Source: Escherichia coli | GTDB taxonomy: Bacteria > Pseudomonadota > Gammaproteobacteria > Enterobacterales > Enterobacteriaceae | Length of the DNA stretch: 64,000 nt | Reading direction: 5' to 3' (one strand) | Assembly: GCF_050920415.1 (NCBI RefSeq) | Contig: NZ_CP169309.1 | Shown: piece by piece, positions 16,499-27,663 of the stretch | Position numbering within the stretch: position 1 is the stretch's first letter | Layout: each line of letters opens with the position of its first letter | Notes under the pieces: model-generated | Seen by the model: the letters and a program-made list of their open reading frames with translations, nothing else | Database searches by the model: none | What the model was told of the DNA's origin: nothing | Program-made: the position numbers and the translations under genes

Positions 16499-17926
16499 TC
16501 AGACGATCTCTTCCGCGTACTGCCAAAGCGCTTTTAACAGCGCCACTTTCTCTTTGTCATCGGCATATTGTTGTGCCAGCATCTGCAATTCATCTGCATA
16601 GCCCTGCAAAAACTCTGGCGTGAAGACCTGGCGGCGGTGCTCCAGCCAGCGTTGCTGCTCGGCATAATCCAGCGTCCCCGGGAAGTTGCGTGCTCGATAA
16701 TTGAACAACAGCTTTTCAATCCGTTTATCAACAAAAGTGATATCCAGTGCCGGTAAATTACGCGGCTCGGTTTCAAGCACAATTTTCATTGCTGCACGAT
16801 CGGCGTCACTGAAAAAGCCATTATAAAGCTGTGCATCCACGTTATCTGAAGGCGTAAACGGTTCGGCTTCGGCGAATATCGCCACCACTTTTTCACGCAC
16901 TTGCGGATTTTCACGCAGAATTTTCAGGTTATCGAGGCAATGCTGACGATTAATTCCCAGTCGGTCGGCATCTTCCGGGCGTAGCGTATTCGCCTGGGCC
17001 AGCACCGGACATTTATTGATATGCACCAGTTTAACCGGAACGGCGGCGTTATCGCCAAGATCGGCTTTTGCGGTATATAAACGCTCGCGCAATGTGTCGC
17101 TATCCAGCTCCAGTAATGGCGAAATGTCTCCTGCCAAATCCACCATAATTACGGCATTGCGATTTTCAGGATGCCACGCCAGCGGTGCTACCCAGCTGGT
17201 ATTGCCGCGCCATGCCCCAAACATTCCGGAAACGTGAACCAGGGGTTTCATCTGCGGAACATCAATCAACGCCATCAGTTTGTGTTTATTGCGATGGGTA
17301 AAGAGATAATCAAATAGGCGTGGCTGACGCATTTTTACCAGCTTTGCCATCGCAATAGTGGCGTACACATCAGCCATCGCATCGTGGGCGTTGCTATGTT
17401 CAATACCATTCGCTTTGGTTAAATGCTCAAGGCGAAAGCTCGGTAGACCGTCATCATTTTCAGGCCAGTTTATTCCTTCCGGGCGCAGGGCATAACAGGC
17501 ACGCATAACATCCAGTAAATCCCAGCGCGAGTTATCATGCTGCCAGCTCCAGGCGTAAGGATCGTAGAAATTACGATAAAAAACGTTGCGTGTGACTTCG
17601 TCGTCGAAACGCACATTGTTGTAGCCCAGAATACAGGTCTTCGGTACGGTAAAAAGCGAGTGAATACGGGCGGCAAACGCGGCTTCGTTTTCTCCTTTCG
17701 CCCGTGCTTCCTGCGGGGTAATACCGGTAATTAATACTGCTCCAGGCTGCGGTAAATAGTCATCCGCGGGCTTGCAGTAAAAAACTTCGGGTTCGCCGAT
17801 GACGTTGAATTCGTTATCAGTGCGAATGGCTGCGAACTGTGCAGGGCGATCTAACGCGGGGTGCGTTCCAAAGGTTTCGTAATCGTGAAACAAAAAGGTA
17901 GATTGTTGCTTACCGTCATTCATCAT
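16499..17926 (-). CDS. sbcB: Exodeoxyribonuclease I
   Basis: ORF 16499..17974; start at MMNDGKQQSTFLFHDYETFG, 475 aa. Confidence 0.95.
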   Translation of the reverse strand: MMNDGKQQSTFLFHDYETFGTHPALDRPAQFAAIRTDNEFNVIGEPEVFYCKPADDYLPQPGAVLITGITPQEARAKGENEAAFAARIHSLFTVPKTCILGYNNVRFDDEVTRNVFYRNFYDPYAWSWQHDNSRWDLLDVMRACYALRPEGINWPENDDGLPSFRLEHLTKANGIEHSNAHDAMADVYATIAMAKLVKMRQPRLFDYLFTHRNKHKLMALIDVPQMKPLVHVSGMFGAWRGNTSWVAPLAWHPENRNAVIMVDLAGDISPLLELDSDTLRERLYTAKADLGDNAAVPVKLVHINKCPVLAQANTLRPEDADRLGINRQHCLDNLKILRENPQVREKVVAIFAEAEPFTPSDNVDAQLYNGFFSDADRAAMKIVLETEPRNLPALDITFVDKRIEKLLFNYRARNFPGTLDYAEQQRWLEHRRQVFTPEFLQGYADELQMLAQQYADDKEKVALLKALWQYAEEIV

Positions 17927-18134
17927 TAGGTTAAATCCGTTATTTCTGCTGTCTGCCAGAGTATCAAATATCACCGTGCTAATCAGCTTTAGCGCGACAA
18001 TTTGGCAGCGAGTGGCAACAGATCATGTCAGATAAAAATGAGATAGTAGTCACATTTTCTTGCACTTTATTCCAGCCAGTTCATAAGTATTTCCGTAAAA
18101 AGAACAGCTATTTGAAACACCTGAGGGTTTGCTG

Positions 18135-19301
18135 TTGAAACGCCGTCTTATTATTGCTGCTTCTTTGTTCGTTTTTAACTTATCGTCTGGTTTTGCGGCG
18201 GAAAACATTCCTTTTTCACCTCAGCCTCCAGAGATTCATGCCGGGTCCTGGGTACTGATGGATTACACCACCGGTCAGATTCTCACCGCGGGTAATGAGC
18301 ATCAACAGCGCAATCCCGCCAGCCTGACAAAGCTGATGACGGGCTATGTTGTGGATCGCGCTATCGATAGTCATCGCATTACGCCAGATGATATTGTCAC
18401 CGTGGGGCGCGATGCGTGGGCGAAAGATAATCCGGTGTTTGTCGGTTCTTCACTGATGTTTCTGAAAGAGGGCGATCGCGTATCGGTACGTGATTTAAGC
18501 CGTGGTTTAATTGTGGATTCCGGAAATGACGCTTGTGTTGCACTGGCTGACTATATTGCCGGTGGGCAACGGCAGTTTGTTGAAATGATGAACAACTATG
18601 CCGAGAAGCTGCATCTCAAGGATACGCATTTTGAAACAGTGCATGGTCTGGATGCACCTGGCCAGCATAGCTCGGCTTATGATTTAGCTGTGCTTTCTCG
18701 CGCTATCATCCACGGCGAGCCCGAGTTTTATCATATGTACAGTGAGAAAAGCCTCACCTGGAACGGTATTACCCAGCAAAACCGTAACGGGTTATTGTGG
18801 GATAAAACCATGAATGTTGACGGCCTGAAAACGGGTCATACTTCTGGTGCCGGGTTTAATCTCATTGCTTCGGCTGTGGATGGGCAGCGTCGTCTCATTG
18901 CAGTGGTAATGGGGGCTGACAGTGCAAAAGGTCGTGAGGAAGAGGCAAGAAAATTACTGCGTTGGGGGCAACAAAACTTTACTACAGTGAAAATTTTGCA
19001 CCGTGGGAAAAAGGTCGGGACGGAACGTATCTGGTATGGCGATAAAGAAACTATCGCCCTGGGAACGGAACAAGAGTTCTGGATGGTGCTACCTAAAGCC
19101 GAAATTCCACATATCAAAGCCAAATATACCCTTGATGGTAAAGAACTCACTGCGCCAATTAGCGCCCATCAGCGGGTAGGGGAAATTGAACTTTACGACC
19201 GTGATAAACAGGTGGCGCACTGGCCGCTGGTTACCCTGGAATCTGTCGGGGAAGGCAGCATGTTTTCCCGCCTGAGTGATTATTTCCACCATAAGGCCTG
19301 A
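18135..19301 (+). CDS. dacD: D-alanyl-D-alanine carboxypeptidase (PBP6b)
   Basis: ORF from 18129; likely TTG start giving MKRRLIIAASLF, 388 aa; SxxK motif region present. Confidence 0.9.
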   Translation: MKRRLIIAASLFVFNLSSGFAAENIPFSPQPPEIHAGSWVLMDYTTGQILTAGNEHQQRNPASLTKLMTGYVVDRAIDSHRITPDDIVTVGRDAWAKDNPVFVGSSLMFLKEGDRVSVRDLSRGLIVDSGNDACVALADYIAGGQRQFVEMMNNYAEKLHLKDTHFETVHGLDAPGQHSSAYDLAVLSRAIIHGEPEFYHMYSEKSLTWNGITQQNRNGLLWDKTMNVDGLKTGHTSGAGFNLIASAVDGQRRLIAVVMGADSAKGREEEARKLLRWGQQNFTTVKILHRGKKVGTERIWYGDKETIALGTEQEFWMVLPKAEIPHIKAKYTLDGKELTAPISAHQRVGEIELYDRDKQVAHWPLVTLESVGEGSMFSRLSDYFHHKA

Positions 19302-19387
19302 CCTTTCTTTTGCAGCAGACTGGCAGGAGTGCGAGTCTGCTCGCATAATCAACACTCATTCCTTGTGGTTTTAATATTGCAACTATG

Positions 19388-19403
19388 CTGTATATAAAAA
19401 CAG
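19388..19403 (+). promoter_or_regulatory. LexA (SOS) box upstream of sbmC
   Basis: CTGTATATAAAAACAG matches CTGT-N8-ACAG, 17 bp upstream of sbmC ATG. Confidence 0.8.
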
Positions 19404-19419
19404 TATTAATGGAGGCGTC

Positions 19420-19893
19420 ATGAACTACGAGATTAAGCAGGAAGATAAACGTACCGTTGCAGGTTTCCATCTTGTTGGCCCGTGGGAGCAGACGGTAAAG
19501 AAAGGTTTTGAGCAGTTGATGATGTGGATAGATAGCAAAAATATTGTGCCGAAGGAGTGGGTTGCTGTCTATTACGACAATCCAGATGAAACACCCGCCG
19601 AAAAATTACGCTGCGACACCGTCGTGACGGTGCCGAATAACTTTACGCTCCCTGAAAACAGTGAGGGCATCATTCTGACAGAAATTTCAGGTGGTCAGTA
19701 TGCGGTGGCGGTGGCTCGTGTAGTCGGTGATGATTTTGCTAAACCCTGGTATCAGTTCTTTAATAGCCTCTTGCAGGACAGTGCTTATGAAATGTTACCA
19801 AAGCCCTGCTTTGAGGTTTATTTGAACAATGGCGCGGAAGAGGGGTACTGGGATATCGAAATGTATGTTGCGGTGCAGCCAAAACATCACTAA
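19420..19893 (+). CDS. sbmC: DNA gyrase inhibitor (GyrI-like)
   Basis: 157 aa, [25 protein letters not shown]. Confidence 0.93.
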   Translation: MNYEIKQEDKRTVAGFHLVGPWEQTVKKGFEQLMMWIDSKNIVPKEWVAVYYDNPDETPAEKLRCDTVVTVPNNFTLPENSEGIILTEISGGQYAVAVARVVGDDFAKPWYQFFNSLLQDSAYEMLPKPCFEVYLNNGAEEGYWDIEMYVAVQPKHH

Positions 19894-20091
19894 TTCATCT
19901 CAGGGCGGTGTGTTAACGCGATGACCACTCTTTTTTTGAAAGCGAAAAGAGTAAGATGCGCCTTTCAAATTTTTCGCTCCTGCCGGGAAATTACACTGTT
20001 CCCGGTATGTCCGTCGGATAATTCAGAGGCGCGCCTTCTGGCCGACAGATGTGTTATGAGCGCTTTTAATCTTCATTAACGGAGTTTCTGC

Positions 20092-21150
20092 GTGCGTGCC
20101 GATAAGTCATTAAGCCCGTTTGAAATCCGGGTATACCGCCATTACCGCATTGTGCATGGTACTCGGGTCGCGCTGGCATTCCTGCTCACTTTTCTCATTA
20201 TCCGCCTGTTTACTATCCCGGAAAGCACCTGGCCGCTGGTCACCATGGTGGTGATTATGGGGCCAATCTCGTTCTGGGGTAACGTTGTCCCTCGCGCATT
20301 CGAACGTATTGGCGGTACGGTGTTGGGGTCGATTTTAGGTCTTATCGCTCTGCAACTGGAGTTAATCTCGTTACCGCTGATGTTAGTCTGGTGCGCGGCG
20401 GCTATGTTTCTTTGCGGTTGGCTGGCGCTGGGCAAGAAACCGTATCAAGGTTTATTGATTGGGGTGACGCTGGCAATTGTTGTTGGTTCCCCGACAGGTG
20501 AAATTGATACGGCGTTATGGCGAAGCGGCGATGTGATCCTCGGCTCTTTACTGGCAATGTTGTTTACCGGTATCTGGCCACAACGGGCGTTCATCCACTG
20601 GCGCATTCAACTGGCGAAAAGTCTGACCGAGTATAATCGGGTCTATCAATCTGCATTCTCACCGAACTTACTCGAACGCCCACGTCTGGAAAGCCATCTA
20701 CAAAAACTCCTGACCGATGCCGTGAAAATGCGTGGGCTGATTGCGCCCGCCAGCAAAGAAACCCGTATTCCCAAATCGATATATGAAGGTATCCAGACCA
20801 TTAATCGCAATCTGGTTTGTATGCTGGAGTTGCAAATCAATGCATACTGGGCCACGCGCCCCAGCCATTTCGTGTTATTGAACGCGCAAAAACTTCGTGA
20901 TACCCAGCACATGATGCAGCAAATACTGCTGAGCCTTGTTCATGCGCTGTACGAAGGTAATCCGCAGCCGGTTTTTGCCAATACGGAAAAATTGAACGAT
21001 GCTGTGGAAGAGCTGCGTCAGTTGCTCGATAACCACCATGACCTGAAGGTCGTGGAAACACCAATCTATGGCTATGTGTGGCTGAACATGGAAACGGCAC
21101 ATCAGCTTGAGTTGCTATCGAATCTGATTTGCCGGGCCTTGCGCAAATAA
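20092..21150 (+). CDS. yeeA: Inner membrane protein YeeA (FUSC-like family)
   Basis: 352 aa, multi-TM, recognised sequence. Confidence 0.85.
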   Translation: MRADKSLSPFEIRVYRHYRIVHGTRVALAFLLTFLIIRLFTIPESTWPLVTMVVIMGPISFWGNVVPRAFERIGGTVLGSILGLIALQLELISLPLMLVWCAAAMFLCGWLALGKKPYQGLLIGVTLAIVVGSPTGEIDTALWRSGDVILGSLLAMLFTGIWPQRAFIHWRIQLAKSLTEYNRVYQSAFSPNLLERPRLESHLQKLLTDAVKMRGLIAPASKETRIPKSIYEGIQTINRNLVCMLELQINAYWATRPSHFVLLNAQKLRDTQHMMQQILLSLVHALYEGNPQPVFANTEKLNDAVEELRQLLDNHHDLKVVETPIYGYVWLNMETAHQLELLSNLICRALRK

Positions 21151-21321
21151 TTCCTGAACTTCAGAATCATCTTGCTGCTGCTTCGATTCAGCAAGGATAA
21201 AGGGTATGATAGTGAAAAGGGATAAAAGCATTGTCATCTGCGGCAGCTATGAGTAATGTTGGCCCTAACGAATAGCGGTTGCTTAAACGAATCCGACTCT
21301 CACATTATCAGGGGTATAAAA

Positions 21322-21651
21322 ATGGAAACTACCAAGCCTTCATTCCAGGATGTACTGGAATTTGTTCGTCTGTTCCGTCGTAAGAACAAACTGCAACGTG
21401 AAATTCAGGACGTTGAGAAAAAGATCCGTGACAACCAGAAGCGCGTCCTGCTGCTGGACAACCTGAGTGATTACATCAAGCCGGGGATGAGCGTTGAAGC
21501 AATCCAGGGCATCATCGCCAGCATGAAAGGTGACTATGAAGATCGCGTTGACGATTACATCATCAAAAATGCCGAGCTCTCCAAAGAACGCCGCGATATC
21601 TCCAAAAAGCTGAAAGCTATGGGCGAAATGAAAAACGGCGAAGCGAAGTAA
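21322..21651 (+). CDS. yeeX: DUF496-family protein YeeX
   Basis: ORF 21256..21651; start at [20 protein letters not shown], 109 aa. Confidence 0.88.
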   Translation: METTKPSFQDVLEFVRLFRRKNKLQREIQDVEKKIRDNQKRVLLLDNLSDYIKPGMSVEAIQGIIASMKGDYEDRVDDYIIKNAELSKERRDISKKLKAMGEMKNGEAK

Positions 21652-21667
21652 TTCCTGTTTTATTCAA

Positions 21668-21700
21668 TGAGGGTTGCCCGGTAACCCTCATTGCTCATTG
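21668..21700 (+). terminator. Terminator after yeeX
   Basis: tgagggttgcccggtaaccctca hairpin followed by T-rich tract. Confidence 0.65.
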
Positions 21701-21751
21701 TTTCTTTTCTGTGTATCACCGTCATCATTCCCATCTGATAACCTATTGAAA

Positions 21752-21934
21752 TTAGCGATAGCCTTCTTCTGTATGCAGCAAGGCAAAAAGTTCTGCAACT
21801 CCATTGTTATTAACCGCACTGGTTACTAACACATTGTGCGCTCCAGCTTCCCGTAACCAACTTTTCACCAAAGATATTTGTTCCATACTGGCTAAATCTG
21901 CTTTGGTGACTACTCCAATGACCGGGCGATTCAT
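21752..21934 (-). pseudogene. yoeF: Remnant of a PduV/EutP-like small GTPase gene (yoeF-like fragment)
   Basis: 60 aa ORF ...[25 protein letters not shown]... resembles the C-terminus of PduV/EutP-family proteins; no full-length partner frame. Confidence 0.45.
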
Positions 21935-22519
21935 TGACGAGGTAAAGCCTGGCGAAAAAGGTGACCACGGTGCGTCCGCATTAAGTACCAGCGCGATAAT
22001 GTCTGCTTCGCAGGCACTGACTAACAGAGCACTGTAGAGGCTGCGGTTTTATCGGTGAGGACTGGCAGCAAGATTTCCAGCCTTTTGACGGTGGGCCTGT
22101 GCAATCGTTATCAGATTCGTATAGCGATTATTCAGTGCTGCTATTGATAGCAGCTGAAAGCGAGATATCCGTACCAGAATAGCTCCCTCATTCTGAGGGA
22201 ACGACGGTAATTTTGATTGCAGAACACAATGCCCGTTTGCTGAATGGTCCGGCTGGTGGGGCTGTAGCATTAATCCATTATTTGAATGAAATCAGTCATG
22301 CCAGAGAAACCGCTGTCAATGACGCATTTTGTCGGACGTTAACACGAGGAAGTCTGGCTATTCCGCAATGCCATCTTCTTTCGTAATGGATTGAGAATGC
22401 TGGATTTTTAATTATATTACGCGCAGTATTAATCGCGTAAATGTTTTGCGGTCAGCAACAGTGGGGGAACCATTGTTCTGTTCAATGAATACCATCATAC
22501 AATTGAATCAGGAGTCGGT

Positions 22520-23065
22520 ATGATGATTTTGGTGACAGGTGGAGCACGGAGCGGGAAGAGTCGCCACGCAGAGGCGCTTATTGGGGACTCTTCACAGGTT
22601 CTGTATATCGCCACCTCGCAAATCCTTGATGATGAGATGGCTGCACGGATAGAACATCATCGGCAAGGCCGCCCGGCTCACTGGCGCACAGTGGAGCGCT
22701 GGCAACATCTTGATGAATTAATTCATGCAGACATTAACCCGAATGAGGCTGTGTTGCTGGAATGCGTTACCACAATGGTGACTAATCTGTTGTTTGATTA
22801 TGGCGGCGATAAAGACCCTGATGAATGGGATTATCAGGCGATGGAACAGGCGATTAATGCTGAGATTCAGTCGTTGATTGCTGCCTGCCAACGTTGCCCC
22901 GCAAAGGTTGTATTAGTGACTAACGAAGTGGGAATGGGGATTGTGCCGGAGAGTCGTCTGGCACGACATTTTCGTGATATTGCCGGGCGGGTAAATCAGC
23001 AGTTGGCCGCTGCGGCAAATGAAGTATGGCTGGTGGTTTCGGGTATTGGAGTAAAAATCAAATGA
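22520..23065 (+). CDS. cobU: Adenosylcobinamide kinase / adenosylcobinamide-phosphate guanylyltransferase
   Basis: 181 aa, [19 protein letters not shown]-loop. Confidence 0.95.
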   Translation: MMILVTGGARSGKSRHAEALIGDSSQVLYIATSQILDDEMAARIEHHRQGRPAHWRTVERWQHLDELIHADINPNEAVLLECVTTMVTNLLFDYGGDKDPDEWDYQAMEQAINAEIQSLIAACQRCPAKVVLVTNEVGMGIVPESRLARHFRDIAGRVNQQLAAAANEVWLVVSGIGVKIK

Positions 23066-23805
23066 GTAAATTATTTTGGGCGATGCTCTCATTTATTACG
23101 CGTCTGCCTGTACCGCGTCGCTGGTCCCAGGGACTGGATTTCGAGCATTATTCTCGCGGTATTATTGCTTTTCCTTTAATTGGATTATTGCTTGGCGCGA
23201 TTAGCGGGCTGGTCTTCATGGTGCTGCAGGCATGGTGTGGCGTACCACTGGCGGCATTGTTTAGCGTACTTGTGCTGGCGCTGATGACCGGGGGATTCCA
23301 CCTGGACGGCCTCGCTGATACCTGTGATGGCGTATTTTCTGCACGTAGCCGCGATCGCATGTTGGAAATCATGCGTGATAGCCGTTTAGGCACCCACGGC
23401 GGTCTGGCATTGATTTTTGTTGTACTGGCAAAGATTCTGGTGTTAAGCGAGCTGGCTTTGCGTGGCGAACCGATCCTTGCATCGCTGGCGGCAGCATGCG
23501 CGGTCAGCCGCGGGACTGCCGCATTATTGATGTATCGTCATCGTTATGCCCGAGAAGAAGGGCTTGGCAATGTGTTCATTGGCAAAATTGATGGGCGACA
23601 AACCTGCGTCACACTCGGTTTAGCCGCTATTTTTGCTGCCGTATTATTGCCTGGTATGCATGGCGTGGCTGCTATGTTGGTGACGATGGTGGCGATCTTC
23701 ATCCTCGGTCAGCTTCTCAAACGGACTCTGGGCGGGCAAACCGGCGATACGCTGGGAGCAGCCATAGAGCTTGGTGAACTGGTCTTCCTGCTGGCACTGC
23801 TATAA
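23062..23805 (+). CDS. cobS: Adenosylcobinamide-GDP ribazoletransferase (cobalamin synthase)
   Basis: ORF 23026..23805; start at [18 protein letters not shown] overlapping cobU stop, 247 aa. Confidence 0.93.
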   Translation: MSKLFWAMLSFITRLPVPRRWSQGLDFEHYSRGIIAFPLIGLLLGAISGLVFMVLQAWCGVPLAALFSVLVLALMTGGFHLDGLADTCDGVFSARSRDRMLEIMRDSRLGTHGGLALIFVVLAKILVLSELALRGEPILASLAAACAVSRGTAALLMYRHRYAREEGLGNVFIGKIDGRQTCVTLGLAAIFAAVLLPGMHGVAAMLVTMVAIFILGQLLKRTLGGQTGDTLGAAIELGELVFLLALL

Positions 23806-23816
23806 AGAGACGTGAC

Positions 23817-24896
23817 ATGCAAACACTTGCCAATTTACTGAATACGATCCCTGCCATCGATCCTGCCGCTATGTCGCGTGCACAACGGCATATTGACGGG
23901 TTGCTCAAACCTGTTGGTAGCCTGGGAAGGCTGGAGGCGCTTGGCGTACAACTGGCGGGAATGCCGGGGTTGAATGGCATACCGCATGTGGGCAAAAAAG
24001 CGGTACTGGTTATGTGTGCCGATCACGGCGTCTGGGAGGAAGGGGTCGCTATTTCCCCAAAAGAAGTGACAGCCATTCAGGCTGAAAATATGACCCGCGG
24101 AACAACCGGCGTGTGTGTGCTGGCAGCACAAGCGGGCGCTTACGTCCACGTAATTGATGTTGGTATTGATACTGCTGAGCCTATCCCCGGGCTTATCAAC
24201 ATGCGTGTCGCACGAGGTAGCGGCAATATTGCTTCAGCTCCGGCAATGAGTCGCCGTCAGGCTGAAACGTTGCTTTTGGACGTCATATGCTATACGCGGG
24301 AGCTGGCAAAAAACGGTGTCACGCTGTTTGGTGTAGGTGAACTGGGGATGGCAAACACGACACCGGCAGCGGCGATAGTGAGCACAATCACTGGCCGGGA
24401 TCCTGAAGAAGTGGTTGGGATTGGCGCAAACCTGCCGACAGATAAACTGGCTAATAAAATTGATGTTGTGCGACGGGCGATTACGTTGAATCAACCAAAT
24501 CCGCAGGATGGCGTTGATGTCCTGGCAAAAGTGGGTGGATTTGATTTGGTCGGAATGGCTGCCGTGATGTTAGGCGCTGCGTCCTGCGGTTTACCGGTGT
24601 TGCTGGATGGATTTCTTTCTTATGCTGCCGCGCTCGCAGCCTGCCAGATGTCTCCTGCAATCAAACCGTATCTCATTCCTTCTCACCTGTCGGCAGAAAA
24701 AGGGGCGCGTATAGCGTTGTCGCATTTGGGGCTGGAGCCTTATCTCAATATGGATATGCGTTTAGGTGAGGGAAGTGGCGCAGCTCTGGCGATGCCCATC
24801 ATCGAAGCTGCCTGTGCGATATACAACAGCATGGGCGAACTTGCTGCCAGTAATATTGTTCTACCGGGGAATACGACTTCTGATTTGAACAGTTAA
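23817..24896 (+). CDS. cobT: Nicotinate-nucleotide--dimethylbenzimidazole phosphoribosyltransferase
   Basis: 359 aa, recognised CobT. Confidence 0.95.
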   Translation: MQTLANLLNTIPAIDPAAMSRAQRHIDGLLKPVGSLGRLEALGVQLAGMPGLNGIPHVGKKAVLVMCADHGVWEEGVAISPKEVTAIQAENMTRGTTGVCVLAAQAGAYVHVIDVGIDTAEPIPGLINMRVARGSGNIASAPAMSRRQAETLLLDVICYTRELAKNGVTLFGVGELGMANTTPAAAIVSTITGRDPEEVVGIGANLPTDKLANKIDVVRRAITLNQPNPQDGVDVLAKVGGFDLVGMAAVMLGAASCGLPVLLDGFLSYAAALAACQMSPAIKPYLIPSHLSAEKGARIALSHLGLEPYLNMDMRLGEGSGAALAMPIIEAACAIYNSMGELAASNIVLPGNTTSDLNS

Positions 24897-24957
24897 AAAC
24901 GAAAAGTCTGATAAAAGCTATACTTATCGGATAGTATTCGCGACTTAGGAAAGGGAC

Positions 24958-27208
24958 ATGATGCGTCGTGTAAATATTTTTTGCTCATTTGCTCTACTTT
25001 TTGCCAGCCATAATAGCCTGGCGGTAACTTATCCATTACCTCCAGAGGGTAGCCGTTTAGTGGGACAGTCGCTTACTGTAACTGTTCCTGATCACAATAC
25101 CCAGCCGCTGGAGACTTTTGCCGCACAATACGGGCAAGGGTTAAGTAACATGCTGGAAGCGAATCCGGGGGCTGATGTCTTCTTACCGAAGTCTGGCTCG
25201 CAACTCACCATTCCGCAGCAACTGATTTTGCCCGCCACTGTTCGTAAAGGGATTGTGATTAACGTCGCTGAGATGCGTCTTTATTACTACCCGCCAGACA
25301 GTAATACTGTGGAAGTCTTTCCTATTGGTATCGGCCAGGCTGGGCGAGAAACCCCGCGTAACTGGGTGACTACCGTTGAACGTAAACAAGAAGCACCAAC
25401 CTGGACGCCAACGCCGAACACCCGGCGCGAATATGCGAAACGAGGGGAGAGTTTGCCCGCATTTGTTCCTGCGGGGCCTGATAATCCCATGGGGCTGTAC
25501 GCGATTTATATTGGCAGGCTATATGCCATCCACGGTACCAATGCCAATTTTGGTATTGGGCTCCGGGTAAGTCAGGGCTGTATTCGTCTGCGCAATGACG
25601 ATATCAAATATCTGTTTGATAATGTTCCTGTAGGTACTCGTGAACCGCCCCGGAAATCCTGGAGACTAAACTTCCTGAGAAAGAGGTAAACAGGATGACT
25701 AAAAATACTCGTTTTTCCCCCGAAGTCCGTCAACGCGCAGTTCGTATGGTTCTGGAAAGTCAGGGCGAATATGACTCACAATGGGCGGCAATTTGTTCCA
25801 TTGCTCCAAAGATTGGCTGTACGCCAGAGACTCTGCGTGTCTGGGTTCGCCAGCATGAGAGGGATACCGGGAGCGGTGATGGTGGGCTCACCACCGCTGA
25901 ACGTCAGCGTCTGAAAGAGCTGGAACGTGAAAATCGTGAACTGCGCCGCAGTAACGATATCCTTCGCCAGGCTTCCGCTTATTTTGCGAAGGCGGAGTTC
26001 GACCGCCTCTGGAAAAAATAATGCCACTGCTGGATAAGCTGCGTGAGCAGTACGGGGTCGGACCGGTATGCAGTGAACTGCATATTGCCCCGTCAACGTA
26101 TTACCATTGTCAGCAGCAGCGGCATCATCCTGATAAACGCAGTGCCCGTGCGCAGCGCGATGACTGGCTGAAGAGAGAGATACAGCGCGTATACGATGAA
26201 AATCATCAGGTGTACGGTGTGCGTAAAGTCTGGCGTCAGTTGTTACGGGAAGGAATCAGGGTGGCCAGATGTACAGTGGCGCGCCTCATGGCGGTTATGG
26301 GACTTGCCGGTGTTCTCCGGGGTAAAAAGGTCCGCACTACCGTCAGCCGGAAAACCGTTGCCACAGGTGACCGCGTAAACCGTCAGTTCGTGGCAGAACG
26401 TCCTGACCAGCTGTGGGTGGCTGATTTTACTTACGTCAGCACATGGCAGGGCTTCGTCTATGTGGCGTTCATCATTGATGTGTTTGCCGGATACATCGTG
26501 GGGTGGCGGGTCTCATCGTCTATGGAAACGACATTCGTGCTGGATGCGCTGGAGCAGGCGTTGTGGGCCCGTCGTCCGTCTGGCACCATCCATCACAGCG
26601 ATAAAGGCTCTCAGTATGTGTCACTGGCCTATACGGAGCGACTAAAAGAAGCAAAACTGCTGGCATCAACAGGGAGTACAGGCGACTCGTATGACAACGC
26701 GATGGCTGAGAGCATCAATGGTCTTTACAAAGCGGAGGTAATACACCGTAAGAGCTGGAAAAACCGTGCAGAAGTGGAACTGGCCACACTCACGTGGGTG
26801 GACTGGTATAACAATCGACGATTGCTGGGAAGGCTGGGCCATACTCCTCCGGCAGAAGCAGAAAAAGCTTATTATGCTTCCATCGGAAACAATGATCTGG
26901 CAGCCTGAGTTCACAGATAAAACACTCTCCAGGAAACCCGGGGCGGTTCAACTCGTGTACAAATTATTGATCAGCCAGTGAAATACACAACGGAACCGGA
27001 TGGATCAAAGTGGCTGGAAGTTCATGAGCCACTGTCGCGCAACCGTGCGGAATATGAGTCAGACCGAAAAGTGCCTTTGCCAGTAACGCCATCTTTGCGG
27101 ACGTTCATTAACGGGCAAGAAGTTGATGTGAATCGCGCAAATGCTGCATTGCAGCGCCGATCAGGAATGCCTGTGCAAATTAGTTCTGGTTCAAGACAGA
27201 TGTTTTAA
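24958..27208 (+). pseudogene. ldtA: L,D-transpeptidase LdtA (ErfK) interrupted by an IS element; 5' part 24958..25640, 3' part 26951..27208
   Basis: N-terminal ORF ends ...DNVPVGTR at the IS boundary; the reading frame resumes exactly after the IS as TRVQIIDQPVKYTTEPDGS...SGSRQMF. Confidence 0.9.
25641..26950 (+). mobile_element. IS3-family insertion sequence, IS629/IS1203-like, 1310 bp, with orfA 25695..26021 and orfB 26021..26908
   Basis: Terminal inverted repeats TGAACCGCCCCGG...CCGGGGCGGTTCA; orfA (108 aa, HTH) and orfB (295 aa, DDE transposase) overlap at an A-rich slippery region; flanked by direct repeat ACTCG. Confidence 0.92.
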
Positions 27209-27230
27209 GAGCGTTGTTAATTAGAAAGCA

Positions 27231-27258
27231 AAAAGCCTGCTCGAAAGCAGGCTTTTTT
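27231..27258. terminator. Hairpin terminator between ldtA and asnV
   Basis: aaaagcctgctcgaaagcaggctttttt. Confidence 0.75.
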
Positions 27259-27263
27259 GAATT

Positions 27264-27339
27264 TGGCTCCTCTGACTGGACTCGAACCAGTGACATACGG
27301 ATTAACAGTCCGCCGTTCTACCGACTGAACTACAGAGGA
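27264..27339 (-). tRNA. asnV: tRNA-Asn (GUU)
   Basis: 76 nt; reverse complement begins TCCTCTGTAGTTCAGTCGGTAGAACGGCGGACTGTTAATCC and ends ...GAGGAGCCA. Confidence 0.95.
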
Positions 27340-27592
27340 ATCGTGTGAACGGGGCGCATATTAATGGCAGTGCATGGTGATGTCAAAGGGTGAAATGCAT
27401 TTTTTTGTTTGTTTGCTGCCAATTTCGACAAAATGGTGAGCTTTCAATCTTTTTGGTAATGAACCATCGTGGTGCATACCTTTCTGTCTTGGGGCAGAGA
27501 ACGCGAGTTCTAATAAAAAGATCGAGTGACAAAACTATCATAATCTCTTATTTGACCGTTGGTTAGCTTGCATATCAACACAAAATTAAAAC

Positions 27593-27608
27593 TGGCAAGT
27601 ATCTTGCA
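27593..27608 (+). promoter_or_regulatory. Sigma-54 type promoter (-24 GG / -12 GC) upstream of nac
   Basis: TGGCAagtatcTTGCA with canonical GG-N10-GC spacing, about 55 bp upstream of nac ATG. Confidence 0.7.
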
Positions 27609-27663
27609 ATCTGGTTGTAAGTAATGGCGGCACTTGGGCCGATTCTTATAAACCGGAGGCAAC

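Noticed and set aside
22038-22519. Possible cobalamin riboswitch upstream of cobU
   Set aside because: I could not identify a B12-box or the conserved riboswitch core by eye; the region looks more like a degraded gene remnant. It would need a covariance-model (Rfam) scan.
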